A stretch of DNA of 64,000 bases from an uncultured delta proteobacterium (GTDB taxonomy: Bacteria; Desulfobacterota; Binatia; UBA9968), in assembly GCA_963727625.1 (NCBI GenBank), contig CAVSHR010000002.1, positions 288,001 through 352,000 on the forward strand, written 5' to 3'. A program made the position numbers and the translations under genes. Numbering within the stretch: position 1 is the first letter of the stretch; every line of letters begins with the position of its first letter. This document shows, piece by piece, positions 19,206-29,474 of this stretch. The notes below the pieces were generated by a model. The model saw only the letters and a list, made by a program, of their open reading frames with translations, was not told the origin of the DNA and did not search any database.

Positions 19206-21482
19206 TCAGTTTGCATCGCCTAGCGCTAGCTCCCCATCCTTAGCTGTTTTCTCTTCGATCCAAGGTCTAAACTTTTCGTACAATTCCTTGAGCTTTGCCT
19301 TATAGTGTTCGACGTTTTCATCGGGATGCTGCGGATCCCAGTCCTTTGCCAGCTTGCAGTTGTCGCTGATTCTTACCTTCGCCTTCGCGCCGGTGACGTA
19401 GTACGAGATCTGGTCGCCGGGCTGATAAGGTCGCTCGGACTTCAGCGCCAGCTCGTAAGGCGCCGCGGCATTGCGTTTCTTCGCCTTGACTTTTGTCCGG
19501 TAACCGTCGAGCGAATCCTGCAAGGTTTCGGTTTTCATCAGCCAGGAAATATCCTTCCGATGTTTTTCGATGCCTTCGAGATAACGCGTGAAAAGCGCGG
19601 GAACTTGTTCCTTCTGCCCTTTTAACAAAAGCAATAGCATCTCTTCCAGCCATTCGCGTTGAAAAAGCTCCAGACCGCGCGAGCGCAACCCCGAGCCCTT
19701 GATGCGTAGTCTACCCTGCTCGTCGAGCAGGGCATAGTTTTTCATCTTGTAGCTGAACATGGCCGGGTAGCGGCCATCGAGTTCGAGTTCAATGCCTTTG
19801 GGCAAGATCTCGCCAAGCTGGAGGATCAAGCGCTGTTCGTCGGTTTCGGTCTTGACCTCGTCCGGGGGCACGAAGTAGATCCCGTCGGTATCCACTTCAA
19901 TAATTTTCGCATTTCTTTCCTTGAGCCATGCGACCGCCGATTGAATCAGTTCGCGCCCCTTGGAGGTGACCCGATTGGCAGCTTCGAAATCGTTGAAGTG
20001 GCCCATTTGAAACCCCAAATAGCCGTAGAACGAATTGATCAGAATTTTGAACGTCGATTGCAGCGCGTTGAAATAAACTTTGCTTTCCTCGTCGGCCGCG
20101 TCGCGCGCCAGCTCTTTGGCTTTGACGCGGAAACCGCGCAGATCCCGCAGCAGTCCGGCGAAGGCGCCAAGTTCGTCTTTCTTCGGCAGGTAATCGTAGA
20201 CCAGCATGATCGATGGATACAGCGAGGTGACATCGCAGTGCAGCACATGCCGGGCCGGCCCCTGGTGTTCCATGTGGGTAAAGCCGCCGACAACCTCGCG
20301 CCCCGCGTCGGCGTAAGGCACGGCGTGGCGTTGATGCAGATACTCGCGCAGGAACAGCCCGTCGATCTTGGTTGCGTTGCCGCGCAGCGGAATGTTCTGA
20401 TAGCTGAACGGGAAAATTTGCGCCTCGACGAAGTAGCTCGGCGAGAGAATCTCCGAGATGGCGCGGGTCTCGCGCACGTCGTCCAGGGCGTAGCGAAACA
20501 ACGTGTCGGGATCGTGGTCGAAGTACCAGCTGGTCTTGTCGCCGGGAATGTAGGTGCGGTTGTCGCCGGCGAGACCGAAGTGCCGGGCGATGTCTTTTAG
20601 ACCGAAATTTTCCAGCTCGCGGGTGGCCACGTCGTAGTGCTGGGCAAGAATCCAGGTGTCGATGATATGGCGGCCGAAGATTTCATATTTGCGGTAGTTG
20701 ATGGTGCGCTCGGCGATTTGCATGCGCGAGGCATGGCCGCCCAGGCGCGAGCCGTCCCGCCCCAACTTCAAACTTACTTTGTGTCGCTTGGCTCGCGCTT
20801 CGATATATTCCAGATCGAAGCGAAAAAGATTGTGCCCCTCGACCACGTCGGGGTCGCGTTGTTGGATTTCTTTGACCATCTCGCCGAGCATCTCGGCTTC
20901 GTCAAACTCTTTGCCCGAAATCAGTCGCTCCCAGCCAGTGGAGTCGGACATGGCGATGGCGGTGATCCGGTCGCTGTCGCGCGCGGCGTTGGGAAAACTA
21001 AAACCTTCTTGGCAATAGGTCTCGATGTCGATCTGCAGGCGCATGAGTTCGCTGAAGCTCATGCCGAGAAAGTGGGTCTTGCCGGAAAGCAGAAAAAACT
21101 GCTGCAATGGGTCACTGAAATACCAATAGGGGGCGTCGCCTGCCGAAGGTGTTTTCCCGGTTGCTTTTTGCAAGAATGTTTTGGCGTCGTCGAGTTCCCT
21201 AAGGCCAGGAAACAGCGCCAGACGATTGAATGCGCCGTTACCCGCCAGCCGTTCGATCTGCGCTTCGCCCTGCCAGCCCTTCAAGGGGTCGTCTCCGGCC
21301 AGGAACAGCAGCGGTTGAAACGGCACGGTTTCAGAGCGCGTGGCGCCGTCGTCGCGGGCATAGATCCGCATCTGATCGTCGTTTTCAATTTCAAACGCGA
21401 TCAACGCAGGCGCGCCGTCGTGACCGAACAGCACTTCGTTTTTCTGAAACAACGGCGGGAGTAAGGGACGTGATCCTTTCAT
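19206..21482 (-). CDS. polB: Family B DNA polymerase with 3'-5' exonuclease domain
   Basis: Exonuclease motifs DIET, GHNLFRFD, YALDD; polymerase motifs DVTSLYPS, KILINSFYGY, DTDG, KNYA. Confidence 0.9.
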   Translation of the reverse strand: MKGSRPLLPPLFQKNEVLFGHDGAPALIAFEIENDDQMRIYARDDGATRSETVPFQPLLFLAGDDPLKGWQGEAQIERLAGNGAFNRLALFPGLRELDDAKTFLQKATGKTPSAGDAPYWYFSDPLQQFFLLSGKTHFLGMSFSELMRLQIDIETYCQEGFSFPNAARDSDRITAIAMSDSTGWERLISGKEFDEAEMLGEMVKEIQQRDPDVVEGHNLFRFDLEYIEARAKRHKVSLKLGRDGSRLGGHASRMQIAERTINYRKYEIFGRHIIDTWILAQHYDVATRELENFGLKDIARHFGLAGDNRTYIPGDKTSWYFDHDPDTLFRYALDDVRETRAISEILSPSYFVEAQIFPFSYQNIPLRGNATKIDGLFLREYLHQRHAVPYADAGREVVGGFTHMEHQGPARHVLHCDVTSLYPSIMLVYDYLPKKDELGAFAGLLRDLRGFRVKAKELARDAADEESKVYFNALQSTFKILINSFYGYLGFQMGHFNDFEAANRVTSKGRELIQSAVAWLKERNAKIIEVDTDGIYFVPPDEVKTETDEQRLILQLGEILPKGIELELDGRYPAMFSYKMKNYALLDEQGRLRIKGSGLRSRGLELFQREWLEEMLLLLLKGQKEQVPALFTRYLEGIEKHRKDISWLMKTETLQDSLDGYRTKVKAKKRNAAAPYELALKSERPYQPGDQISYYVTGAKAKVRISDNCKLAKDWDPQHPDENVEHYKAKLKELYEKFRPWIEEKTAKDGELALGDAN

Positions 21483-21614
21483 GGCGTTTCTCGGAATATA
21501 GCAAACCGTCGGCGCAACTCCTAGTCGAAGGAGCGCCGCGAGGTCGACGCACGCTGCCTTACCTAGGCGATTTTTTGCTGGAGCGATCCGGCGAAGTTAT
21601 GGTACGATATCCGT

Positions 21615-22394
21615 ATGGAAGCTCTGAGTTATGATAGCCGTCCGGCGTTGCGCGCCCCCGTGCTGGTTTTATCTTTTGCCGGATGGAGCGATGCCGGTGC
21701 TGCGGCGACGACCGCGGTTCGCTATCTCGTCGATCAGCTGATCGGTAAAAAATTTGCCGAAATCGATCCCGAAGAGTTCTATGATTTTTACCGCCAGCGA
21801 CCGGTGGTACGCTTGAACGAGCAGAAGATGCGCGAGATTCATTGGCCGTCTTACGATTTCTACCATGGAGCCGGCACGGGCATCGACAAGGATTTCGTTT
21901 TCGGTATCGGCGCCGAGCCGCACTTGCGCTGGCGGACTTTTACCGAGACCATGCTGCGCTTTGCGCGCGACTGCCAGGCTGAAGCGGTGGTCACGCTGGG
22001 CGCCTATCTCGACGAGGTGCTCTACACGCGGCCGGTCCCGCTCAGCGGGTTTTCGACCGACCCCAAGCTGATGGAGGAATTGAATCTGCTGCCGTCGCGT
22101 TATCAAGGGCCGACCGGCATCATCGGCGTGCTTGCCGACGCCTGTCGCGCGGCCAACATACCGCACTTGAGCCTGTGGGCTTCGTTGCCTCATTACCTCG
22201 CAATATCGCCCAACCCGCGCGGTACCCTGGCGTTGCTGCTGCGGCTCAATCAATGGCTTGGTCTGCGCGTGGACACCGGTCCACTGGAGCGTGCCGCGGC
22301 CGACTTCCAGGCCAAGATCAACGAAGCCGTCAACGCCGATCCTAAACTCACCGCATTTGTGCGCGAACTAAAGAAACGCGAATTCGAACAGTGA
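21615..22394 (+). CDS. PAC2 (proteasome assembly chaperone 2-like) family protein
   Basis: FAGWSDAG, IDPEEFYDF..RP, EPHLRW, YQGPTGIIGV and WASLPHY motifs. Confidence 0.85.
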   Translation: MEALSYDSRPALRAPVLVLSFAGWSDAGAAATTAVRYLVDQLIGKKFAEIDPEEFYDFYRQRPVVRLNEQKMREIHWPSYDFYHGAGTGIDKDFVFGIGAEPHLRWRTFTETMLRFARDCQAEAVVTLGAYLDEVLYTRPVPLSGFSTDPKLMEELNLLPSRYQGPTGIIGVLADACRAANIPHLSLWASLPHYLAISPNPRGTLALLLRLNQWLGLRVDTGPLERAAADFQAKINEAVNADPKLTAFVRELKKREFEQ

Positions 22395-23101
22395 AGCTCT
22401 CTGTCCTGGTTCCCGTCTACAACGAAGAGCGCACCCTGGAAGAGCTCATCCACCGCGTTTGCGCGGTGCCGATGGCGAAGGAAATCATTCTCGTGGACGA
22501 CGGCTCGAAGGATCGCAGCCGGGAAATATTGGCTCGATTGCAGGAGGAATATGCCAAAACCGGGGACGCGCTCAATCGGATTAAAGTTATTTTTCAAGCC
22601 CAAAATGAAGGTAAGGGGGCAGCGTTGAAAGCCGCCATCAGCCAGGTGACCGGTGAAATTGTGATCATACAAGACGCCGATCTCGAGTACGATCCGAAGG
22701 ACTATCCGAGCTTGCTTCAGCCCATTGAAGCCGGTCTGGCCGACGTCGTATACGGCACCCGCTTCGCCGGCGGCGGCGCGCATCGCGTGCTGTTTTTCTG
22801 GCATTCCTTGGGCAACCGCTTGCTGACGCTGCTGTCCAATATGCTCACCAATCTCAATCTCTCCGATATGGAAGTGGGCTACAAGGTTTTTCGCGCCGAG
22901 CTATTGAAGGGCATCGAGCTCAAATCGAAACGCTTTGGTTTCGAACCCGAGATCACCATCAAATTGGCGAAGAAGCGCTGCCGGTTTTACGAAGTGCCGA
23001 TTTCCTACCACGGCCGCACTTACGAAGAAGGGAAGAAGATTACCTGGAAGGATGGCCTTGCCGCATTGTATTCCATGATCCGCTTTCGCTTCAGCGATTG
23101 A
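22391..23101 (+). CDS. Glycosyltransferase family 2 (polyprenol-phosphate glycosyltransferase-like)
   Basis: PVYNE, VDDGSKD, QDADLEY, FGFEPE and GKKITWKDG motifs; GTGA overlap with PAC2. Confidence 0.9.
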   Translation: MKLSVLVPVYNEERTLEELIHRVCAVPMAKEIILVDDGSKDRSREILARLQEEYAKTGDALNRIKVIFQAQNEGKGAALKAAISQVTGEIVIIQDADLEYDPKDYPSLLQPIEAGLADVVYGTRFAGGGAHRVLFFWHSLGNRLLTLLSNMLTNLNLSDMEVGYKVFRAELLKGIELKSKRFGFEPEITIKLAKKRCRFYEVPISYHGRTYEEGKKITWKDGLAALYSMIRFRFSD

Positions 23102-23176
23102 ACTGACGGCGTCCAGGTGTAGCACCGCCGCCGAATGTCAAGAGGCGCACGAGCCACCCCGTCGTCAATCGACCAT

Positions 23177-24127
23177 CTAACCGCGTGCTCCGTCGGCCCA
23201 CAGATCGTCCATGTAATCGCGCAGCGCGTCTTTCAGAGGGAACTTCGGCGCGTAGCCTAACTCAGCCTTTGACACGCTGATGTCCATCGGGATGCTGCGG
23301 CTTTTATCGGCGCTGCTGGTGCCGCTGACGTTGACGTCGATATTGGGCGCCAGTTCTTTGACGACTTGGGCAAGCGCGTCGGGACCATGCACCGCGCCGG
23401 ACCCCGCGTTATAGATGCGCTGCTTGAGACTCTGCGCTTGGCAAGCGAGGAGTAGTGCCGAGCCGACGTCTTTGCCGTAAACATATTCGTTGGGACCGTA
23501 GGTTTTGGCCGCGATAGTGATCGGATCGCCTTTGATAATGCTCAGCGCCAGATCGCGCATGACCCTGCCGACGGTGGAGCCGCCAACGTAAAAACCGCGG
23601 CCGAACACGCCGCCGGGCCGGATAATGACGGTGTCGAGGTTGTACATGCTTGCATAAGCGTGAACCAGATACTCGGAGCAGACTTTGGTCGTGGCGTAAA
23701 GGTTGTGGCCGCCGATCGGATGGGTTTCATGGATGACCGTATCTGCAATTTTGCTCCGATCGTAGACGCCGAAGGTGCTTACGTAAACCACCCGGCGCAG
23801 CTTGCGCAGCCGCGCGGCTTCCAAAACATTGATCGTGCCGAGGATATTGTTGGTGGCGCCGGTGTAAGAATTTTCCTGGACGCGGCCGCCGATCAAGCCG
23901 GCGGTGTGCACCATCGTATCGACGTTGAACTTCTCCATGGCGCTCAACAGCGCGGGTAAATCGCGCATGTCGGCTGCGACTACGTCGGCCTTGTCCTTGC
24001 CGACGATTTTCTGGATGTAATCGCGGTTGGGAGAAAGATCGAAAAGTACGACCTTGTGGCCGGCGTCTACGGCGTGGCGCGCGGCGTTGGACCCGATCAA
24101 TCCGGCTCCGGTGATGAGGATGTTCAT
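23177..24127 (-). CDS. NAD-dependent epimerase/dehydratase
   Basis: ITGAGLIG, NILGTINV and YATTK motifs. Confidence 0.85.
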   Translation of the reverse strand: MNILITGAGLIGSNAARHAVDAGHKVVLFDLSPNRDYIQKIVGKDKADVVAADMRDLPALLSAMEKFNVDTMVHTAGLIGGRVQENSYTGATNNILGTINVLEAARLRKLRRVVYVSTFGVYDRSKIADTVIHETHPIGGHNLYATTKVCSEYLVHAYASMYNLDTVIIRPGGVFGRGFYVGGSTVGRVMRDLALSIIKGDPITIAAKTYGPNEYVYGKDVGSALLLACQAQSLKQRIYNAGSGAVHGPDALAQVVKELAPNIDVNVSGTSSADKSRSIPMDISVSKAELGYAPKFPLKDALRDYMDDLWADGARG

Positions 24128-24239
24128 GGCGGGTAGACTCCTTCTAGTTTTGTCGCGGCGCGGCGCCGTCGGTCCCGGCGATTATTCGTCACGGATGAGA
24201 TGCGATGCTTAGATGGTTAGCGCCAGCGCGCGCTGAAAT

Positions 24240-25220
24240 TCATTTGATCCCCAATTCCTGATTCACTTCGCGTTGCAAGCTGAAATCAAAGATCCGTGAC
24301 GCAGGCACCGGCGCGCGGAGCTTGAGCAGCTCGGCGTCGGCGCGTAAGAAGTCCGCGACTTCTTTGTCCGTCGGCAAACCGTTGGCCGTAAATGCCGGGC
24401 GGGCGAGCCGGTAGGATTCCAGGGCGACCGGAATGTCCACGTTTAAATATTTCGCCAGGACCTCGGCCGTGCCGCGTTCGTTGTCCCAGAGGTAACGGTG
24501 CGCGCGCGAGCGGGCGCGCAGGATGCGCTTGACCAAGTCTCTGCGCTCGCGCAGATTTTTTTCCGTCACGGCCAGCCCATTCTGCAAGTTTGGCAGGTCT
24601 TCGAGCGTGCTGCCGTGTATCCTCAATTTAAATTTATCGCGCGCCAGGATGACCGTGGGAGGAGACAGCGCGGCCAACTGGATGACGCCGTTGACGAGAC
24701 TTTGCAGCTGTGCCGGAACATCGCCGCCGATGACCGTGGTTATATCTTTTTCGGGGTCCAAGCCGGCTTTTTTCAGTAGCCGCAGGGCGGCCATATGCTG
24801 CGAACCGCCAAAGGTCGTGGTGCCGAAGACCTTGCCCTTGAGCTCGGCGAGAGACTTCACTTCGGGCTTGGTAACCAGCCAAAAGAGATTTTTCTTCAAG
24901 CTCTGCGAGACAACTTTTAACGGCAGCTCGGATCGTTCCATAGCGCGGATCACCGTGCCGACGTTATTGATCGCGTGGGCCTCGCCGCTCAACAGCGCGG
25001 TGACGGCGATATTGCCTCTGACCTGCACGACCTCGGCGAGCAGCCCTTCCTGGCGGAAGAAGCCGCGATCCTGAGCGATGTAGAGGTCGACGGACGCGAT
25101 GCTGCGGCTCGGGTAGGTGATCACAATCCGCTCGAGGCCTTGCTGCCCCGGCGCGCTGGCGGGAAAATTCAAGCCGAGCAAGAGGGCCGCACAAAATAGC
25201 TTCAATGCTAATCTTATCAT
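24240..25220 (-). CDS. ABC transporter substrate-binding protein (SsuA/NMT1-like), orphan
   Basis: Signal peptide; IAQDRGFFRQEGL and ELKGK..G motifs; no permease adjacent. Confidence 0.8.
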   Translation of the reverse strand: MIRLALKLFCAALLLGLNFPASAPGQQGLERIVITYPSRSIASVDLYIAQDRGFFRQEGLLAEVVQVRGNIAVTALLSGEAHAINNVGTVIRAMERSELPLKVVSQSLKKNLFWLVTKPEVKSLAELKGKVFGTTTFGGSQHMAALRLLKKAGLDPEKDITTVIGGDVPAQLQSLVNGVIQLAALSPPTVILARDKFKLRIHGSTLEDLPNLQNGLAVTEKNLRERRDLVKRILRARSRAHRYLWDNERGTAEVLAKYLNVDIPVALESYRLARPAFTANGLPTDKEVADFLRADAELLKLRAPVPASRIFDFSLQREVNQELGIK

Positions 25221-25371
25221 CAGGCTTTCGATGTTTATTAGTGCATTCAGCGCGGATGTCAAGAAGTTAGCAGCGATCGGCAGGCCTCGGCCCGCAGCCC
25301 CATGCTCGTCGGTCTCTTGAAACCGGCCGGCGAGTTACAGTATACAAATGCCAGCAAGGGGGACCAGTCGG

Positions 25372-25791
25372 ATGAAAGTTAAACAAATCTACCATATCGG
25401 TTTGCCGTGCAACGATCTGGAGCGGGCGGTGAAATTTTACAGTGAAGTGCTCGGCATGAAGTGCACCAAGATCGGCTACGACACCGAAAGCGGCGGTCCC
25501 TACAAAGACAAATACGGTATGTTTCCCAACATCGCCCGGCTATTCATGGAAGACGGCATGTGTCTGGTTCTGTTCCAAAGGCCGGCGGCGCTGGAGCGGG
25601 GCGACTTCGACGAAGGCACTTCGCACTTGGCGTTGGAAGTCGGCTCGGAAGACTTCGGCAAGGCCACCGATGAATTGAAAAAGGCCGGAGTCAAAGTTTT
25701 GATCGACACGCCTGTGGTTCGCCCGACCGGCAAGGCGATCTATTTTTTCGACACCGAGCAGAATTACATCCAGCTCTGGTCGCGCGCCTGA
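25372..25791 (+). CDS. VOC (glyoxalase/bleomycin resistance) family protein
   Basis: HIGLPCNDLERAVKFYSEVLG, HLAL and YFFDTEQNYIQL motifs. Confidence 0.85.
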   Translation: MKVKQIYHIGLPCNDLERAVKFYSEVLGMKCTKIGYDTESGGPYKDKYGMFPNIARLFMEDGMCLVLFQRPAALERGDFDEGTSHLALEVGSEDFGKATDELKKAGVKVLIDTPVVRPTGKAIYFFDTEQNYIQLWSRA

Positions 25792-25887
25792 AAGCTAAGG
25801 TCAATTTAGAGTTTCGGTGGTCGCATCCCGGGTTGACGCAGCTCCACCAACCCAAATCTAGATTTCCCGAGTTTTTGGACGGATCGT

Positions 25888-26709
25888 TCAGGGGGCTCGG
25901 GGAAGGTCTTTTTCCCCGTCCGCCAAGCGGCGCGCCGATGTGAGAAAACCGGTGTGCGCCACCATGCGATGCTGCGGCCGCGCGCTCATGCCTTTGAAGT
26001 GCCAGTATCGCATCAAGGTTTCGGTGGTTTCGATGCAGGCGAAGCGTTTGTCGTCGCGCAGGGCGTCGACCAGATTTTTGACCTGCAACACCGTCGGCAA
26101 ATAACTGAGTAAAAAACCGCCCGGCCGCAGAACTTTCCAGGCCCGCTCGACGACCTTCCACGGTTCGGGGAGGTCGAGAAGCACGCGATCGATATTGGTT
26201 TCGTCGAGCTCAAGCGCTACGTCGGCGATTTTCACGGTCCAATTGGGCGCGGCGCCGAAGTAGCGCTCGACGTTTTTCTGGGCGAGCTCGGCGAAATCTT
26301 CGCGGATTTCGTAGGAAATCAATTGACCGGAATCGCCGATGGCGCGCAGCAGCGCCATGGTCAGCGCGCCGGCACCGACGCCGGATTCCACGACCCGCGC
26401 GCCGGGAAAAAGATCGGCCCAGAGCAGGATCGGACCGATGTCTTTGGGGTAGATCACCTGGGCACTGCGCGGCAGGTTGGGAATCAACTGCGGCAGACTG
26501 GGGCGGAAAATTAAAAACGGCTCGTTCACCGAAGAGCGCACCACGCTGCCTTCTTCGCGACTGATAATCTCGTCGACGGCGATCTTGCCGCCGCGGATTG
26601 AGATGCCGCGGCGCTGATCGAGGCGCGCGAGGTACTCGCGGTCCTTGCGATCGAGCAACACCACGGCTTCGCCGGGCTGAAACGGACCCTTGGGGTAATG
26701 CGTGTTCAA
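25888..26709 (-). CDS. trmI: tRNA (adenine58-N1)-methyltransferase TrmI (GCD14 family); start uncertain
   Basis: PRSAQVIYPKD, ESGVGAGALT, LDLPEPW and RPQHRMVAHTGF motifs. Confidence 0.88.
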   Translation of the reverse strand: MNTHYPKGPFQPGEAVVLLDRKDREYLARLDQRRGISIRGGKIAVDEIISREEGSVVRSSVNEPFLIFRPSLPQLIPNLPRSAQVIYPKDIGPILLWADLFPGARVVESGVGAGALTMALLRAIGDSGQLISYEIREDFAELAQKNVERYFGAAPNWTVKIADVALELDETNIDRVLLDLPEPWKVVERAWKVLRPGGFLLSYLPTVLQVKNLVDALRDDKRFACIETTETLMRYWHFKGMSARPQHRMVAHTGFLTSARRLADGEKDLPRAP

Positions 26710-26737
26710 AATATTGACGGAGTTTACGGTCAAATAG

Positions 26738-27847
26738 CTAAACGGTATAGGAGGCAAATCCCTTGCGCTTCAACGCGTCGACCAAGTCGCGCACTTCCTG
26801 CGAGCGTCGAAGGTCGCCGACCAAAAGCGCGTCCGGTGTGTCAACGACGACAGTATTTTCCATGCCTAAAAGAACGACCAAACGATCGGGCGCGTGGACC
26901 AGGCAGTTTTTCGCGCCGAGGCCGAACCACCGGCCGGCGCTGGCATTGCCATCGGTGTCTTGCTTCATCATGCGATGCACCGCCGCCCAACTTCCGACAT
27001 CGCTCCAGCCGAAGTTGGCTTCGACAGTCAAAACATTTCCCTCGGCGCCGGCCTTCTCCATCACCGCGAAATCGATGGAGAGACTGGGCAGCTTAGCATA
27101 CTCGCGCGCGATAATGGCGCGAAGTTTCGGGGTCAGCCTGGAAAGCGATCTTCCCTTGGCGGCGCGCTCGATGGTTTCGAGACCCTTGGCGATCGCCGGC
27201 TGATACCGCGACAGCATCCGAAGCAGGGTAGCGGCTTTCCAGACGAAGATTCCGCTGTTCCATAAAGAGCCTTGGCGAAGCAGCCGGCGGGCGACCGCAA
27301 GCTTGGGCTTCTCGGTAAAACGCTTCACCACGAAGGCATTCGCGGTCTTTGCGCCGATCGCTTTGCCTTTCATGATATAGCCGTAGCCCGTTTCCGGATA
27401 ATCCGGCCGGATGCCGATGGTTACCAACTGGTCGTGACGCAAGGCGAGCTTGACGGCGGCTTTGAGAGCGCGCCGAAACCTCGCACTATCGGCCACCCAA
27501 TGATCGGCGGGCAGTACGATCATGACCGCGTCGGGATTTTTCCGGACAACTTCCAAGGCGGCTAGACCGATACAGGGCGCGGTATTTTTACCCACCGGCT
27601 CGGCGAGAAAACTGTTTTTTGGTAATTCAGGCAAGTCGCGGCGCAACGCGTTAATCTGGTCGGAGATGGTAACGACCAAGGTCTGCTTGCGGCCGCTGAG
27701 CGCATGGATGCGCTCGGCGGTCTCTTTGAGCAAGCTTTTCCGGCTCAAAATTTTCAGTAACTGCTTCGGCCTTCGGGCGCGGCTGAGTGGCCAGAAGCGC
27801 GTCCCTTTGCCGCCGGCGATGATCACACTAAAACAGTTGGTCGGCAT
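26738..27847 (-). CDS. manC: Mannose-1-phosphate guanylyltransferase
   Basis: AGGKGTRFWPLSR..PKQ, EPVGKNTAP, PADH, ETGYGYI, FTEKP, WNSG and WSDVGSW motifs. Confidence 0.9.
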   Translation of the reverse strand: MPTNCFSVIIAGGKGTRFWPLSRARRPKQLLKILSRKSLLKETAERIHALSGRKQTLVVTISDQINALRRDLPELPKNSFLAEPVGKNTAPCIGLAALEVVRKNPDAVMIVLPADHWVADSARFRRALKAAVKLALRHDQLVTIGIRPDYPETGYGYIMKGKAIGAKTANAFVVKRFTEKPKLAVARRLLRQGSLWNSGIFVWKAATLLRMLSRYQPAIAKGLETIERAAKGRSLSRLTPKLRAIIAREYAKLPSLSIDFAVMEKAGAEGNVLTVEANFGWSDVGSWAAVHRMMKQDTDGNASAGRWFGLGAKNCLVHAPDRLVVLLGMENTVVVDTPDALLVGDLRRSQEVRDLVDALKRKGFASYTV

Positions 27848-27895
27848 TCGCTGGTCCTCATTGATGAGATCGCGAGTTATAGTACGGTAGTCGGT

Positions 27896-28864
27896 ATGGC
27901 GGATCAAGTAAATCCCAACAGGACGCGATCTTGGACGCATGGCGCGGAGCGTGAGCCCATTCGCCTGGACGCATTTATCCGCGAGTGTCTGCCCCACTTA
28001 TCTCGGCGGGAGGTCGATATCGCGATCCGCGAGGGTCTATTTTGCATCAACGGCATAGTGAGTAAGAAGGGCGAGCGGCTGCGCGGCGGCGATTCTCTCC
28101 GATTCGCAGGCCCCGCAGCCTGGTTGGCGTCAAGACCACTAGCCGATTTCGAGCTCGATGTGCCGATCGTGTACGAAGACTCAGGGATTTTGCTCGTCAA
28201 TAAACCCGGCGGCATGGCGACCCATGGCTTTTCCGGACGCGACCGCGGCACACTGGCGAATTTTTTGCTTGCTCGCCGGCCCAACCTCATCAACATCGGC
28301 AAGAATCGCTGGGAGCCGGGAATCGTGCATCGGCTGGATCGCGATACCTCGGGGCTCGTGTTGGTCGCCAAAACCCAGGCCTCCTTCGAAAATTTGCAAT
28401 TGCAGTTCCAGCGCCGCCAAGTGGAGAAAACCTACCGGGCGCTGGTTTTGGGAAAGACTCCGGCCGCAGGGACGATCGATTTTCCGCTCGCACACGCGCG
28501 CGGCGACAAGCAACGGATGATCGCGTTATTTCGGCCGACAAAAGAATCGAAGCTCCGTAAATGGAACGCGATCACTCGGTACCGTAAACTGGCCGGCGCG
28601 CGGGGCCTTAGCCTGCTAGAAATTGTTATGGAGACCGGCGTGACCCATCAGATCAGGGTTCATTTGGCCGCGCTCGGCCATCCAATCGTCGCCGATCCGC
28701 TCTATGGCGCCGAGGGCGCGGATAGATACACGCTCGAACGCCATTTTTTACATGCCTATGGCCTAAAGTTTTACCATCCTGAGGACGGCCGATCTTTGGA
28801 AGTCGTAGCGGATTTACCGGCTGAACTGGCGGAGCTTTTGCGGCGCCTTAAAATCGCGGTCTAA
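27896..28864 (+). CDS. RluA/RluD-family pseudouridine synthase with S4-like N-terminus
   Basis: NKPGG, HRLDRDTSG, TGVTHQIRVH and GHPIVADPLY motifs. Confidence 0.9.
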   Translation: MADQVNPNRTRSWTHGAEREPIRLDAFIRECLPHLSRREVDIAIREGLFCINGIVSKKGERLRGGDSLRFAGPAAWLASRPLADFELDVPIVYEDSGILLVNKPGGMATHGFSGRDRGTLANFLLARRPNLINIGKNRWEPGIVHRLDRDTSGLVLVAKTQASFENLQLQFQRRQVEKTYRALVLGKTPAAGTIDFPLAHARGDKQRMIALFRPTKESKLRKWNAITRYRKLAGARGLSLLEIVMETGVTHQIRVHLAALGHPIVADPLYGAEGADRYTLERHFLHAYGLKFYHPEDGRSLEVVADLPAELAELLRRLKIAV

Positions 28865-29220
28865 GCAGCGCTGCTGCGGATGCCTTTGGCTTTGGCGCAA
28901 CTGCCGCAGTAGTTGTTGAGTGTGACGGCTTCTTCCATCCAGCCTTCATCGAGGTTGTGACAGATTTTTTTGCACTCGAAGCAGATGAAGTAGAGGCCGT
29001 CGATGCTCTTGTTGATCTTTTCCCGATTGAGCACCCGGCCCCTGAGCTTCTCGATACGAATGCCAAGAAGCTCTTCATAGTTCTTTTTGATCTTGCGACG
29101 GCCCGCTTCGTCACTTGGAAGATCTTCGTCTTCCGATTCATCGTGGGTGCCGTCGTCGATATAGTCGTGAGTTCGGTCTTTTGCGGCACGACCAGCGTTT
29201 TTCTTTTTTGCCCGTGGCAT
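28861..29220 (-). CDS. Small protein with acidic tract and C-terminal C4 zinc finger, possibly DksA/TraR-like
   Basis: CFEC-x21-CGSC preceded by KINKSIDGLY; basic N-terminus and acidic middle. Confidence 0.65.
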   Translation of the reverse strand: MPRAKKKNAGRAAKDRTHDYIDDGTHDESEDEDLPSDEAGRRKIKKNYEELLGIRIEKLRGRVLNREKINKSIDGLYFICFECKKICHNLDEGWMEEAVTLNNYCGSCAKAKGIRSSAA

Positions 29221-29474
29221 CTTGCGTTTGATACTCCTAAATCCGACTGGTCTGTTTGATCTTTTGTTTTACGGTTGTCTGGACGATTTTATTTCATAAT
29301 GAACGGTGCGGAGCTTGTCAATAGCGGTCCGCTTGACGCCCTTCGCTGATTGCGTTGACTTCGCTCGCTGATCCCGTTACCCAAGTTTCAGGAACAGGAT
29401 TTCCCGTTCGCGCTTGTCTTCGCTTGCCCAATATCGCGGATCCGGAGCTGCCAACTTTAATCTGAGGAGCCATC

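Noticed and set aside
19206-21482. PolB as the marker of a casposon, pipolin or prophage
   Set aside because: No cas1, integrase, terminal repeats or compositional shift seen
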